Counted from the stretch's first letter, positions 26,976-37,800 are shown. The stretch is DNA of 64,000 nt from a virus (IMGVR_UViG_3300028172_000069), one strand, 5' to 3'. The notes: generated by a model not told the origin, from the sequence alone. Numbers and translations are program-made.

Positions 26976-27536
26976 TTACACTGATAGGTAACCACACAAG
27001 GTGATCGAAATGTCCGCAATCGTGGAATCCACGAGGTCCGGAGCTGTGATGATGAGGATGTCGCCACGCTCAACCCGAATTGGGTCGGTCGTAGCAGGAA
27101 CAAACTCAGCTTCTTCCACGAAGGCTTTAAAGCGGATAGTGCCTACGGGGATAAACTCCGATTTGCGCGTGATGCCGACGCTAAAGTCTTGCTGCGAACC
27201 AGAGGCTTGCAGCGCATACGCAATGGCACCAGCCAGCGATCCTTGCAGATAGAAAGTCCTGGAAGCGACCACATACAGCACTTTGGCAGAAGGGTCAGGC
27301 TTACCGAGTACAGTACCCGACAAGTCGTAGGACAACGCGCTGTGCGCAGGGTTGCGAAGATTCCAACCCTGATGGAACTCGTAGATTCCCGGGATGAAGT
27401 TTCCCGAGACTTCCGTGAGTTCCCACAGCGAGCCGTCTGTAGGACTCGAAGGGAACTGAGGCCCTCGGCGCGCATCGTCGAGCATCTGAATAGAGAGGCC
27501 CGAACCGGCGACAAGTTGCAATCCGTCAGCGATCAT
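26976..27536 (-). CDS. virion structural/adaptor protein
   Basis: FPSSPTDGSLW linker motif common in fibre proteins; TAATG coupling. Confidence 0.65.
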   Translation of the reverse strand: MIADGLQLVAGSGLSIQMLDDARRGPQFPSSPTDGSLWELTEVSGNFIPGIYEFHQGWNLRNPAHSALSYDLSGTVLGKPDPSAKVLYVVASRTFYLQGSLAGAIAYALQASGSQQDFSVGITRKSEFIPVGTIRFKAFVEEAEFVPATTDPIRVERGDILIITAPDLVDSTIADISITLCGYLSV

Positions 27537-27748
27537 TAGGCTACTCCTGCTCGGCCCGCACGCGGGACTGACCACTCGATGTGACACTCAGTCAGAGATA
27601 CAGGCTTGACAGCCTTCGGCAGGATCTTTTGAACCACGCCGTCAATCTCCACATACGCATCCACCACTGGGGCTCTGGTGAATAAATTATGCCGAACAAT
27701 CCAGGTGGAAGCCGGCTCTAGTTGCTGGTGCTCGTAACGGACACTCAT
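27536..27748 (-). CDS. stand-alone W-I-x-H-x-L module protein
   Basis: YEHQQLEPASTWIVRHNL...IEWSVPRAGRAGV; module recurs in three neighbouring genes. Confidence 0.65.
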   Translation of the reverse strand: MSVRYEHQQLEPASTWIVRHNLFTRAPVVDAYVEIDGVVQKILPKAVKPVSLTECHIEWSVPRAGRAGVA

Positions 27749-28344
27749 ATGCACCGCGCCTTGCCCGTGACTGGGCTATTGAAAGTTGCGGTTGCAGAGA
27801 GCATATCCTCCGAGTGAACAAGCGTCACTGGTTGGATTTCCATGTTCCCGACGAAGCAGCGGATGATCGGCGTATAGCCCAGCTGGTGGTTGATGACCCA
27901 CACTTGCTGATCCTGGAAGTTCTGCTCGTATGCGACTTGCGCACGCGGCAGTCCTTCGGTGGCACCCATGATGAGGATGGCACGACCTGCTTGCGGTTGA
28001 GCGAAGCTGATTGTGGCGTGGTTGAATTTGAAGTCAACCTCGTCGAACTCAATCGCCTTGTTGTCACCGCTGACTACCTGAACGATACACCCTGCGGTCT
28101 GCAGGGCGTGGTCGATTTCCCAAGTGGCCGAAGCTACAAACTGGTCATGGACGTGAGTCTGTAGTTCGGTACTCATAGGCAGCCAAGCTGGCACGCCATT
28201 CGCAATCTCCAAGCAGATAAAAATCCGCCGGTTCATGAAAATGAACGTGCCCGGTTTCGGTTCAGACGGCCAAGATTCAACGGGTTCCAACGTTACGTTC
28301 TTCAGGAGGTTGCCCTGAAGATCGAAGTGGCCGTTGATTTTCAT
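27745..28344 (-). CDS. fibre adaptor with two W-I-x-H-x-L modules
   Basis: TWEIDHAL...FAQPQAGRA and VWVINHQL...FNSPVTGKA; N-terminus similar to that of 28357-30051. Confidence 0.7.
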   Translation of the reverse strand: MKINGHFDLQGNLLKNVTLEPVESWPSEPKPGTFIFMNRRIFICLEIANGVPAWLPMSTELQTHVHDQFVASATWEIDHALQTAGCIVQVVSGDNKAIEFDEVDFKFNHATISFAQPQAGRAILIMGATEGLPRAQVAYEQNFQDQQVWVINHQLGYTPIIRCFVGNMEIQPVTLVHSEDMLSATATFNSPVTGKARCI

Positions 28345-28356
28345 GAAGCCTCCTGA

Positions 28357-30051
28357 TTATGCCGCTACCTTCTTGCCGTTGATAACGATGTACACCTTCT
28401 GAGCAACGGCCAGAGTGACGACCAGGTTGTTGGCGTCAGTCAGGGTAACGTTGTCAGGCAGAATCTGCGTGAAGGTTTCGTCGTATACAGCGACAGTTGC
28501 CCAACGGTAGTTCAGACCGTGGTTGATGCTGTAGGTGTCCTGTGCAGCACCAGTGGTGCCGTCGAACACTACTTGACTTGCACCGGCGCCAGCTTCCAGC
28601 GTGTCGATGCGGTCAGCCAGAGGGCCAGTGATATCGGTCACCGACTTACGGTTCGCGATGCTGTTGTCGCCAGCCGGAGCAGGAACAGTGACGTCGCCAG
28701 TAACAGCGCCGCCTTCTGCAAGGCTCAGGTAGGTATCGCTCAGGTCACCAACTTTCAGACCAGCAGCACCCAGCGACAGGGTAGCGCCGTCGAGCTTGAC
28801 GCTCAGCGCAGTACCGGCACCGCCTTGCAGACCGTTACCCAGTGCAGCGGCAGCGATGGTACGAGCAGTCACGCCTTCGTCAGCGATGGACACACCGTCA
28901 GCCGAAACGGCCAGGCCGCTGGAGGCTTTCAGTTTCAGTGCCAGCACAGCGTCTTCTTCGGTCGAAGCAGCGCCAGAGGTCGGATCAACCAGAGCCAGAC
29001 CGCCAGTAGTACCAACGTCGATACCGACTTCGCCATCAGGCAGGTTGGTCACACCAGCACCGAACTTGACGCTGATGGTGTTGCCTTCTTTCAACAGGCC
29101 AGCCGAAACAGTGACGCCGCTCAGGCCGCCATGCTCGCTCCAGTTGGTACCGTTGAACTTCATGAACTTGACAGCGTTGCGGTCCCAGACCAGAACGCCA
29201 GGACCACGCTCGCTCACGTCGTACACGACTTTGAAGCTGGCGCCGTCCTTCTGAACAATGTCACCATCTTCCAGACCGGCGATGGTGCCGAAGCCCGAGT
29301 CGAGTGCGTCTGCATCGGTGATGATATAGCGAACAGCGTTGTCAGGCAGAGTGTTGCTCAGGTCAGGGATGGTGCTGGCGTCAACCTGAGTAGCCAGAAC
29401 GTCCGCTTGGAAGTCCAGGTCAGCTTTCAGGTTGTCAATGTCGATCAGACGAACAGGGTCAGTCGGATCAACTGGAGCCGCCAGGTTCTTCGCGGTGTTG
29501 GTGCCGCCGAAGTTCAGGTTGCCGTTGATGGCATCGCCAGCTTTGTTCAGCGGAGTAAAGCCCAACTCAGCTTGTTTGCCGTCGATCTGGCCCTGAATGG
29601 CAGAAGTGACGCCGTCCAGGTAGCCCAGTTCTTCGACGTTGACAGTCGCGCTGCCAGTGATCTTGCCGTCAGCATCGGACACGACAACAACGCTTGGAGC
29701 CAGGTCCAGAGTTGCAACGGTCGAAGCAGCACCGGTGATTTCATCCTGCTTGGCACCCAGACCATCGGTCAGTTGCTTGAAGCTGGCAGGGTTCAGGTCT
29801 TCGGTGCCTGGGCCACTCAGGATCAGAGGGCCGGTCAGGGTACCGCCGTCGAGCGACAGGTAGTTGTCGAGATTGCCACCGGAGGCGACGGTCAGGACCT
29901 CTTCACCATCGTACCAGCGCAGAGCTTTGTCGGTGGTGTTGACCCAAACCAGACCTACCTTCAGGTCTTCGGCTGCCGGATCACTGGTGAGACGCTGCGG
30001 CTTGAGGCCACGAATCTCACCAAGCAGGGTGAGGTTACCATTTTTCAGCAT
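28357..30051 (-). CDS. major fibre/whisker-like virion protein
   Basis: LSLDGGTLTGPL and LNKAGDAINGNL fibre repeats; strong codon bias; C-terminal YSINHGL module. Confidence 0.75.
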   Translation of the reverse strand: MLKNGNLTLLGEIRGLKPQRLTSDPAAEDLKVGLVWVNTTDKALRWYDGEEVLTVASGGNLDNYLSLDGGTLTGPLILSGPGTEDLNPASFKQLTDGLGAKQDEITGAASTVATLDLAPSVVVVSDADGKITGSATVNVEELGYLDGVTSAIQGQIDGKQAELGFTPLNKAGDAINGNLNFGGTNTAKNLAAPVDPTDPVRLIDIDNLKADLDFQADVLATQVDASTIPDLSNTLPDNAVRYIITDADALDSGFGTIAGLEDGDIVQKDGASFKVVYDVSERGPGVLVWDRNAVKFMKFNGTNWSEHGGLSGVTVSAGLLKEGNTISVKFGAGVTNLPDGEVGIDVGTTGGLALVDPTSGAASTEEDAVLALKLKASSGLAVSADGVSIADEGVTARTIAAAALGNGLQGGAGTALSVKLDGATLSLGAAGLKVGDLSDTYLSLAEGGAVTGDVTVPAPAGDNSIANRKSVTDITGPLADRIDTLEAGAGASQVVFDGTTGAAQDTYSINHGLNYRWATVAVYDETFTQILPDNVTLTDANNLVVTLAVAQKVYIVINGKKVAA

Positions 30052-30066
30052 GAAAATACTCCAGGA

Positions 30067-30858
30067 TCAGGAAGCGATCTCTACGATTTGGATACGAGGG
30101 TTGGATTGCAGCTCGGTGAGCAACCTCCCAAGAGGCTGATCGCCAACGACAACTCCGTTCTTCAACGCAATATCGTCATCCGTGTAGTTTTTGATGACCA
30201 CTGGGACAACGATATCAGGTAGCAAGACCTTGTCGAGGTAATGCGTGAGTCGTTCCTTGACGATGAAGATGTTGGTCTTCTTGTAATACTCAAGGTCGTC
30301 CACGCCGATGTACGTGATCAGGCTATCAACCTGACTTCGGTTCGACGTGATCGTCTTGGGCACCAAGTTGGAACCAAGCAGGCAGTCGACCTCGTAGAGT
30401 TCAAACAGGGTCGACTGCAATGCTCCTACTAAGGCCTCGATGATCTTCGGATAGGCCTCAAGGTGCGACATACCCACAGTAGCACGGACCCGACGCTTGA
30501 AGTTGTTCGGGATGTGCTTATGCACCGCGCCCCATACCTCAAGGAACTGAGGCAGGAACACGTCGCTGTGGATTTTGAAGATGTGCTTGTTCGAGTTGAT
30601 AATCTCACCAAAACGCTGGAAGATTATCTGGATGTCCGATTCATCCACGGTGTTGCGATTGAGCAGCAGGCTTTCCACCTTGGTAGCCCAGTCAGAGTAG
30701 CTGTTGAAGAACAGCAACTGGATTTCGCGGGCGACCTGGCTAAACTGCTTCCGTTCGTCGATCAACTCAGTCAGGATGAATGACTTGGAGTTGTAGTAGC
30801 GCTCCAAAGCCTTAGAACTCACAGAACGAAAGCGTATGTTGTTAAGCACGTAGGCCAT
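30067..30858 (-). CDS. hypothetical cytoplasmic, largely helical protein
   Basis: 263-aa ORF; no signal peptide or TM. Confidence 0.75.
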   Translation of the reverse strand: MAYVLNNIRFRSVSSKALERYYNSKSFILTELIDERKQFSQVAREIQLLFFNSYSDWATKVESLLLNRNTVDESDIQIIFQRFGEIINSNKHIFKIHSDVFLPQFLEVWGAVHKHIPNNFKRRVRATVGMSHLEAYPKIIEALVGALQSTLFELYEVDCLLGSNLVPKTITSNRSQVDSLITYIGVDDLEYYKKTNIFIVKERLTHYLDKVLLPDIVVPVVIKNYTDDDIALKNGVVVGDQPLGRLLTELQSNPRIQIVEIAS

Positions 30859-30869
30859 GGGTGCAATTC

Positions 30870-31424
30870 CTACAAACCTCTGTTCTGCATGGTCTTGGCT
30901 ATGGACATGCCAGTGAGTACGCCGGCGACTTGCGATTGCTTGTCGCTGATTTCAGCAACCTGACGAGCCAGAGACTCAAGCAGGCGGCTGAGGCGTTCGA
31001 CTTCTCGCTGGATGTTATCATTCTTACGACCAATGTCCTCAGAGGAATTGTCAAGTGTCGAGTCGAGTTTGCGCAGTGCGTCCTGCACCTCGTGGAAGAC
31101 CTTTTCAAGGCTCCCGCTCAACAGGGTTGATTGTTGCTCGACGGCCGCACGCAATTGCGCGACCACGTTCACTAACTCGGTGATGTTCTGCTGGCTCTGC
31201 AGGCTAGTCGTTAGCTCCTGCATGAACTTCTGGACGTTCGCCTTTTGCAGGTCAAACTCATCACCCATTCTCTTTTGAAGCTCCGTGTTTGCAGCACGAA
31301 GCAGCTTCATTTCCTCTTGCTGAGGAATGACGAAGAACCAGTAGCCCAGCAAGCACGCAATGGCGATCACTGCCGCAATCGCAACCGGCAGAGGGCTACT
31401 GAAAATGGTTTGTATGGCGTCCAT
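30870..31424 (-). CDS. bitopic membrane protein with long coiled coil
   Basis: TM LPVAIAAVIAIACLLGYWFFVI then heptad-rich Q/E/L region. Confidence 0.75.
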   Translation of the reverse strand: MDAIQTIFSSPLPVAIAAVIAIACLLGYWFFVIPQQEEMKLLRAANTELQKRMGDEFDLQKANVQKFMQELTTSLQSQQNITELVNVVAQLRAAVEQQSTLLSGSLEKVFHEVQDALRKLDSTLDNSSEDIGRKNDNIQREVERLSRLLESLARQVAEISDKQSQVAGVLTGMSIAKTMQNRGL

Positions 31425-31433
31425 TGAGCAGCC

Positions 31434-31715
31434 TCATTGGCATTTGTCATCGCTCGGTATCACTCGGATTGCCTTGATGTTAGGACTCTCCGGATCGGAC
31501 TCAATCAGGATTTCTGACACACGAGGCTCAGTCATGGAGCACAGGTCTCCAGTCGTAGGGCTCTCGGTGCAAACTGACCGCACGCAGGCGAGTGTTGAAT
31601 AGACCACAGACTCTCGACTTGGATTGCGATAGCCGTACGTCCAGAGAACGTAAAGCATTACCGCGACCAGGACGAGTATCAGCACTCTAGAAATCCGTGA
31701 ATGGTTGATTACCAT
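31434..31715 (-). CDS. small bitopic membrane protein with Cys-containing soluble domain
   Basis: TM VLILVLVAVMLYVLW; CVRSVC, LC and C-terminal C. Confidence 0.65.
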   Translation of the reverse strand: MVINHSRISRVLILVLVAVMLYVLWTYGYRNPSRESVVYSTLACVRSVCTESPTTGDLCSMTEPRVSEILIESDPESPNIKAIRVIPSDDKCQ

Positions 31716-32569
31716 TAGCCTCCCTCCACGATATCAAATTTCCCCATCGACTTCCTGTACAACGAAAGCCAGCTGGGCTTGGACTTGAGTCGTGACAGGT
31801 TGGCACACGAGCTGATGTGGAGGTTTAGTGGTTTGTTGTACGACGCTATTGCGAGTGACGCCGCTTCTTTTGGAGTTGGGCCAACCGCCAGCGCAGTCTT
31901 AAACCCGCTACGGCAGATGCCGACGTCAATGTGGCGCCTGTTCGTAGCTACCATGATCTTCTCTAGCTCGGCGTATCCGACCGTATTGTTCCATTCATCT
32001 TTCAGTCCGAAGACGTTCATCACGATTGTGCCGACGGCTTCTTTCTGGAGATCGAGCAACAACTTGCGGTATTCAAGTACGGTGTTTACGGTGTGGATTT
32101 CCACGTCCAGTCCTTCCAGACGAGTTTTTAACTCGATCAGGCGTAGCGTTGCGAGCGCTGAACTGTCCGTGACGATGTAGGTCTTTGCCCACTTTTCGTT
32201 GTAACTGCTGGCAGCCTTGAGGGCTACCGTGTTGAAGCTGTCTGCACCGATAAGCACCGAGCTGTACTTCGATGGGAAGCCAGTATCGAACTCAGGTTCA
32301 CCGAGATAGAGAATCAAACTCGGCTTGCTGCGCTCGACAGCGGCTTTCAGTACGCGCTTCAAACTCTCCCTGGAGTACGCGGAAGTGTCGTAGGTAAACC
32401 GACGGGCGTTGAACACGAAGATGTGAGGCTCGCGCTCGACTGCAAGGAGTTGGGCTACAATGGAGTTACCATACAGATCGTGAACCGTTGCGGACTGCAC
32501 AACCAGTAGGCTTTGGGCATCTACCGTTAGGCAGTAAATTAGCGAGGCAAGTGCCCAGAGCCCTTTCAT
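31715..32569 (-). CDS. secreted periplasmic-binding-protein-like (ABC_sub_bind-type) protein
   Basis: Signal peptide MKGLWALASLIYCLTVDA; SLLVVQS, KPSLILYLGE, YIVTDSS, TVLEYRKLL, KEAASLA line up with class I PBP sensor domains. Confidence 0.55.
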   Translation of the reverse strand: MKGLWALASLIYCLTVDAQSLLVVQSATVHDLYGNSIVAQLLAVEREPHIFVFNARRFTYDTSAYSRESLKRVLKAAVERSKPSLILYLGEPEFDTGFPSKYSSVLIGADSFNTVALKAASSYNEKWAKTYIVTDSSALATLRLIELKTRLEGLDVEIHTVNTVLEYRKLLLDLQKEAVGTIVMNVFGLKDEWNNTVGYAELEKIMVATNRRHIDVGICRSGFKTALAVGPTPKEAASLAIASYNKPLNLHISSCANLSRLKSKPSWLSLYRKSMGKFDIVEGG

Positions 32570-32574
32570 GGTGT

Positions 32575-33411
32575 TTACCTTATGCCAATGATCGCCGCAG
32601 TGCCGGAGCGTGGAGCGGCGAATGTGATGCGGACATTGTTGCCGTCCAGAGGGATTTGCTCAGCGGGAATCATGTAATCCCCGTTGGGCAACGCGACTGC
32701 GATGATGAGGTTCTCAGTACCTAGGTCGTGAGCGATCAGCCACTCCAGGTCCTCATCTTCCTGCGTGTGCAGAAACTTTGGAACACCGTCACCGCCGCCA
32801 AGCTCAAGGGCTTTCACCTTGTTCTCAACGGTAGTTGTACGGGTACCCAGGGCACGCACCGAGTTGCGCACACTGGTAAGCTGTTGGTACACGGATGCTG
32901 CGAGCGACTGAGCAGCGGACGTCAGCTTCTCAACGAACGAACGAGGCACGGCTTCATCAGCCGCGTAGTCCTCGCTTGTTCCAAGAGTGCGTGGGTACAC
33001 AGGCCCAGTGAAGCGGCCGCCAGTTGCATCGAATGCACCCAGGTCGAATGCCGTCAAGTCGTGCGTGTTGCCGATGTTGCGATTCAGTTCTTGGAAGTCC
33101 TGATCGCTAGGACGAGGCTCGTCCCACATCTGCGCGTTCCAGAAGTTGGACTCCGTTGCCGCAGTCCACGTATGCGTGTGGTTTGCACTCGCACCGCGGT
33201 TGACACGGCGCAGTGCCGTTGACGTACTCGGGTCGATCCAGATGAGGTCCAGTGGAGCCACGACTTCAATCGGCTCCACCTTGCTCACGATGATGTTGAT
33301 GCGGGTTTTGCTTGGCCCGTCTGTGGTAAGCAGCACGGGATTAGAGTCAGTCAGGCCTCGGACTTGCGCTGCCTGAATGAGTCTTGCAATCGGCAGGACC
33401 ATGGGATTCAC
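32575..33411 (-). CDS. virion adaptor/fibre protein with coiled coil and W-I-x-H-x-L module
   Basis: PLDLIWIDP motif; coiled coil; C-terminal LEWLIAHDL...FAAPRSGTA. Confidence 0.7.
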   Translation of the reverse strand: MNPMVLPIARLIQAAQVRGLTDSNPVLLTTDGPSKTRINIIVSKVEPIEVVAPLDLIWIDPSTSTALRRVNRGASANHTHTWTAATESNFWNAQMWDEPRPSDQDFQELNRNIGNTHDLTAFDLGAFDATGGRFTGPVYPRTLGTSEDYAADEAVPRSFVEKLTSAAQSLAASVYQQLTSVRNSVRALGTRTTTVENKVKALELGGGDGVPKFLHTQEDEDLEWLIAHDLGTENLIIAVALPNGDYMIPAEQIPLDGNNVRITFAAPRSGTAAIIGIR

Positions 33412-33429
33412 CTCGATTTACACTGCGTC

Positions 33430-33436
33430 TAAATTA
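33430..33436 (-). promoter_or_regulatory. TAATTTA motif (putative late promoter)
   Basis: About 20 nt upstream of the 33411 start; includes the TAA stop of the upstream gene. Confidence 0.4.
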
Positions 33437-33880
33437 TCCACAATGGAGAGAGACGAGGTGGTCCCCGATCGCTGTCGCCACTTTCTTGGCATCCTCCTTG
33501 GAGAGTTCCACGAGCTTGAAGCCGCCGGGTACGTAGGCAATCGCACGGACTTGCTTGACGTTGCTGGCGAGGTCAAGCTGGAGTACCGCCAGAGCACTAG
33601 GCTCCAGCGAGTAGCACACATCGTTCACGACAAGGCCAGCAACGATCTGCGAGGCCACATCAGGGCGAACAGGCACGGGCTCCACATCATGCACGGACGT
33701 CTCATGGAGCTTCCCGTCGATGATCCGATAGCGATGTGGGCGTGCGCCAACTTCTTCCTTGGTGCTAATGTCCAGTTCGATCACATGCTCTGTGTCAGGC
33801 TTACCCGTCACAGGGTTGTGAAAGGCAAGAATCTCGCCAGACACGGGATCGTACTCCACGAGGTAAAACGGCATTTCCAT
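33434..33880 (-). CDS. putative tail-fibre assembly chaperone
   Basis: YDPVSGEI...YRIIDGKL pattern; directly downstream of a collagen fibre gene. Confidence 0.5.
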   Translation of the reverse strand: MEMPFYLVEYDPVSGEILAFHNPVTGKPDTEHVIELDISTKEEVGARPHRYRIIDGKLHETSVHDVEPVPVRPDVASQIVAGLVVNDVCYSLEPSALAVLQLDLASNVKQVRAIAYVPGGFKLVELSKEDAKKVATAIGDHLVSLHCG

Positions 33881-33891
33881 ACACCACCTCC

Positions 33892-34701
33892 TTAAGGAGC
33901 GTCGCTGCCAATGACGAAGTAGTAGAAGTCCCAGCCGGTGGCAGCCACAGGTTGAGTCCCGCCAGCACCATCGCTCTCTTGTGCAAGCAGCGAGGTGTCC
34001 ACGGAAAGCTCTGCGTTACCCTTGTTCACCCGATCAATCCGCACAGCGTTCTTGACGTTGCTCTTCGGGTTAATGAACTGGATGTGCATTGTCCGAGGCT
34101 TGTCGGTGATGAACGACTCTGGGAAGATCACGCGCTGGAAAAGCGCAGCCTCGGTCGACGTGAAGCGGCCCCAGCACTTCAAGCTGAGGTTGTCGAATCG
34201 CTCGTAGGCATCGACTTCACCCACGCCGAACGTTGGCGTCTTACCATCTTGCCCTGCTGGGCCAGTCGGACCGGTGGGACCCGTCGGGCCAGTAGCGCCC
34301 TGAACACCGGGACCACCACTCGAACCTGCAGGACCGGTTGCACCCTGAGGACCCGGATCACCTTTGGGGCCAACGCAACCCTGATCGCCGACACGGCCGT
34401 CTTTACCGTTACGACCGTTCGAGCCGGGTTTGCCTTGAGGGCCAGTGGGACCCGTAGGCCCCACTCCCACCGACTGCGTTGTAAGGAAGCCACGGATCAG
34501 CAGCGTACTGCGATCCGCGCGGTTGAGAACGAGTGAGCCCGTCTCCGAGTCATAATCACCGGAGACGATTGTGGTATCACCGTTCAGATTCTCGTCATCC
34601 TGAAGCTCCAGCTCATTGCCGTTGAACTTCACAATGTCGTTGGTATCACCCGTGCCCGGATCGAGCAGCGGCAATGGCACCCTGGTCAGTCTACCAGTCA
34701 T
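33892..34701 (-). CDS. collagen-like fibre protein 1
   Basis: 25 Gly-X-Y triplets; shared N-domain LTRVP...YDSETGSLVL; C-terminal fibre-tip domain (KCWG...FPESF...FYYFVIG). Confidence 0.85.
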   Translation of the reverse strand: MTGRLTRVPLPLLDPGTGDTNDIVKFNGNELELQDDENLNGDTTIVSGDYDSETGSLVLNRADRSTLLIRGFLTTQSVGVGPTGPTGPQGKPGSNGRNGKDGRVGDQGCVGPKGDPGPQGATGPAGSSGGPGVQGATGPTGPTGPTGPAGQDGKTPTFGVGEVDAYERFDNLSLKCWGRFTSTEAALFQRVIFPESFITDKPRTMHIQFINPKSNVKNAVRIDRVNKGNAELSVDTSLLAQESDGAGGTQPVAATGWDFYYFVIGSDAP

Positions 34702-34708
34702 AGTCTTC

Positions 34709-34879
34709 TCACTTCACGTTGAGCCATTTGGTGTTGTCCGAGGAGCGCACCTTGGTGTTGAGCGGGTTCATCTGAATCCACGACTTGTTGTCGCTCGCCC
34801 TGACTTTCCAACCCAGCTTGTCAAAGTTTTGAATCCACGGGTCGCTAACGGACTGTCGAACACGGAGTCTGACTGCCAT
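34709..34879 (-). CDS. 56-aa protein made of three (R/K)VR..(D/N)..W repeats
   Basis: LRVRQSVSDPW / WKVRASDNKSW / TKVRSSDNTKW; TAATG-coupled to the upstream gene. Confidence 0.7.
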   Translation of the reverse strand: MAVRLRVRQSVSDPWIQNFDKLGWKVRASDNKSWIQMNPLNTKVRSSDNTKWLNVK

Positions 34880-37800
34880 TATCCGATCTCCCCAATGCTG
34901 TTGGCTTGACCTTTCCAATCTGCTGCTTTGGTCAGGTACTGGACTTGGTTGTTGTAGCGCACGCTGAATCCAGCATAGCCAGGCGTACAGTTCGGGATGT
35001 TCTTGTATCGCAGGATCACGTTGCGAGTCCCCGCGCGTACATCCACAGTGAGTGTTGCCACGCCAATTGGACCAGAGCCCACCTTCTTACAGTCAATGTA
35101 CAACTCATAGTCATCGTCCGAGATAACGGTGATAACGTGCGAGCCGCTGTACGTGAACGGGATGAAGGCTTGCATCAGGTACATGACGTTGCCAGCAGCG
35201 CAATCGAAGTTTGGCTGCACGTGCAGGAGATTGCAGCCATCAGGACCACCAGCGCGCTCGAACACTTGCTCGCTTGGGTTCTGGTTGCAGATCGCGCTGT
35301 CGTCATCCATGATCGTGCCGAAGCCACCAGACTTGGTGATGTTACCCTTCGACGCATTGCCGATGGTCATGCCCACGGTGCGATCAGGTTGCTGCACGTC
35401 GTTACCGAAGACTGGGACACAGACCTGCTTGGAAGTCTCACCCGGTGCGAACGTCACGGTACCCGATGTTGGCTGATAGTCACGCTCCTCAACCTTGATG
35501 CGCAGTGCACCTTCACTACCGCCTGCAGGAATCTTCTCGCAGTGCAGACCATCCCACGCTTGGTGATCGCCCCACGCAGTAATCATGGCAGCTACGCTGA
35601 TAGCACTACGATCCACTGAGCCGTAGAACTCCATCCCGAACAGGTTAGCCAACTGGTTGGCACCAGACTCGAAGACGTAGTGGTCAGTGATGACAACAAG
35701 GCCACCACCGCGCTTAGCGTACTCGGCGAAGTTGGCTACCGAACCCTCCTTCAGGATACCTTCAGCCGCTACACCAGTTGCCGTCACCCGCGAACCCATG
35801 AAGATGATGGTGTCATACGTCAGGAGCTCAGCCAGTGGGATAGCACCCACAGAGTTCCACGCGTACACGTCTTTCATCACAGGCGTGAAGCCAGCAGCCG
35901 TGACAGTACCCGGCAAGCTGATACCGAACCCGTTGGGCTGACTGTCGAGCGTGTAGTTCCCACCAGTCGCGTTGTCGCAGGTAATCAACACCTTGCCTGT
36001 GCGATTGTTGGTGCGCGCAGTCCACTGGATCAAGTTCTTCAGGTAGGTGAATGCAGGTGGCAGACCAATGCCGGACACGAACACGGAGCTGAACGTGGCG
36101 TTTGCTTGCGACTGGGCACAGAAGCCCCAGCTGGTCTGGCCTGTGAATGCGCTCAGGTCAGCATCTGCACTCAGGTCCACTTCGATCTTGGTGCCAGAGT
36201 CCAGTGCAACCGAACCAAAGGGTGAGCAGTAGATCGTGATGATGTTGCAGTCACGCTCAACCCGCACACGGGTCTGCCCACGACCATTCCAGTTCCCGTT
36301 GCCGCCAGAAGTCTTCGTCGCGAGCACCTTAGTAGGTACACCGTTGACAAGCAGCGTCAGATTGAAGTTACCACTACCATAACCTCCCATGCCACCGGGT
36401 ACACGCGATGCAACCAGATGGTAGTTGTCAGCACCAACACGGGCGAACGCAGCTACCAAGCCGATCATATCGTCATCCGCCTCGCCAGACGACAGCGTGG
36501 CCTCAAACGTGTAGCTCATGTACGACAGCGGCGAACAGAACGAAATCATCTTGGAACTGTTCGTGGTCGACTGGATGTTCCCGCTCGACAACCGCCATGC
36601 AGTAGCTTGCGATGCAGCAGGGATTGTGGTAGGGTCCGAGTAATACTCGTCGCCTGCCGTCCGCCACCACGAGTCGAATACGGCCTGACCAGTAGGTGCA
36701 TCCTGCGGCGCCCTGTAGGCATTGTTGTAGAACTTGGGGAACCCGCCATCGAATGCTGCACGACCAACGCCACAGTCCGCGACTGCGATAAAGGGGTTGT
36801 TGAACTCGTCGTTCGCCAAAATCCGGCCTTGGCAGATGAAGGGCTTAGCAGTACCGCCACCAGATTGGTAATCGACAGTCACAGGCATGGACTGCGGCTT
36901 ATCCATAGTCACGGTCCAGCAGAGTTGGGCAGTCTCACCCTCCTTGCCTTCCTTGACAATCGGATCGTCGATGCTGATGTTTGGATCCTCATCACCCGGG
37001 CACGTATGCAGGAACGACCACGAGGTCTTACCGCTGCCAGTTACCCGAATCTGGATCTTCTGACCACCAGCGGGGTTGTAGTTGAAGTACAGCCAGTGAT
37101 CGCCAGTAACAGGCCCACCAGTCGTCGCAACCAACGTACCGCCTTGATAGACGTCCAGCTTATCGGGGATGTTGTACATCTGGTAACGCACACCCACCTT
37201 ACCAGCATTCGGACCCATATCGACATAGGTGTCAGTAACACCAGCACCACCAGACGTCACGGCGCTCTGATCCGAACACGGCCGTGGATCATCTTCACTA
37301 CCCTTCTCGCCCGGACAGGTGATCAGGTAAATCCACGAGGTCCCAGGGTCCCGTGCAGTGATGCGCACCATGACAAGCTGCGACTCGGTAGGCGAATAGT
37401 CAAACTTCACATGGCCTTCGCCTGCCACGTATCCGCCAGTAGACTTGAGCAACCGTCCGTCTTGGAATACTTCGAGCTTATCCGGCTGGTTCCACATCTG
37501 GTAGTGTATGTCTACCAAGCCAGCCTTATCACCCATGGCGTGATAGAACTCAAACGTTCCCAACCCGCCTTCTTTCTTCACCTCGAACGTACCGTGGCAT
37601 GGACGTGGATCAGTGATTTCACCGTCCGTATCGTCGTCACCCACGCACTTCATCTGGAGCGTCCACTTGCTGGCCTTAGTAGCCCTAACCCGGACAAACA
37701 CCAGTGGGTCGTTATTCACCGGCGTGAACACGAACTGCAATACGCCTTTGCCAGTACGCTGCCCACCAGTGCTCGCAATGACCTTGCCGCGGTAGTACAC

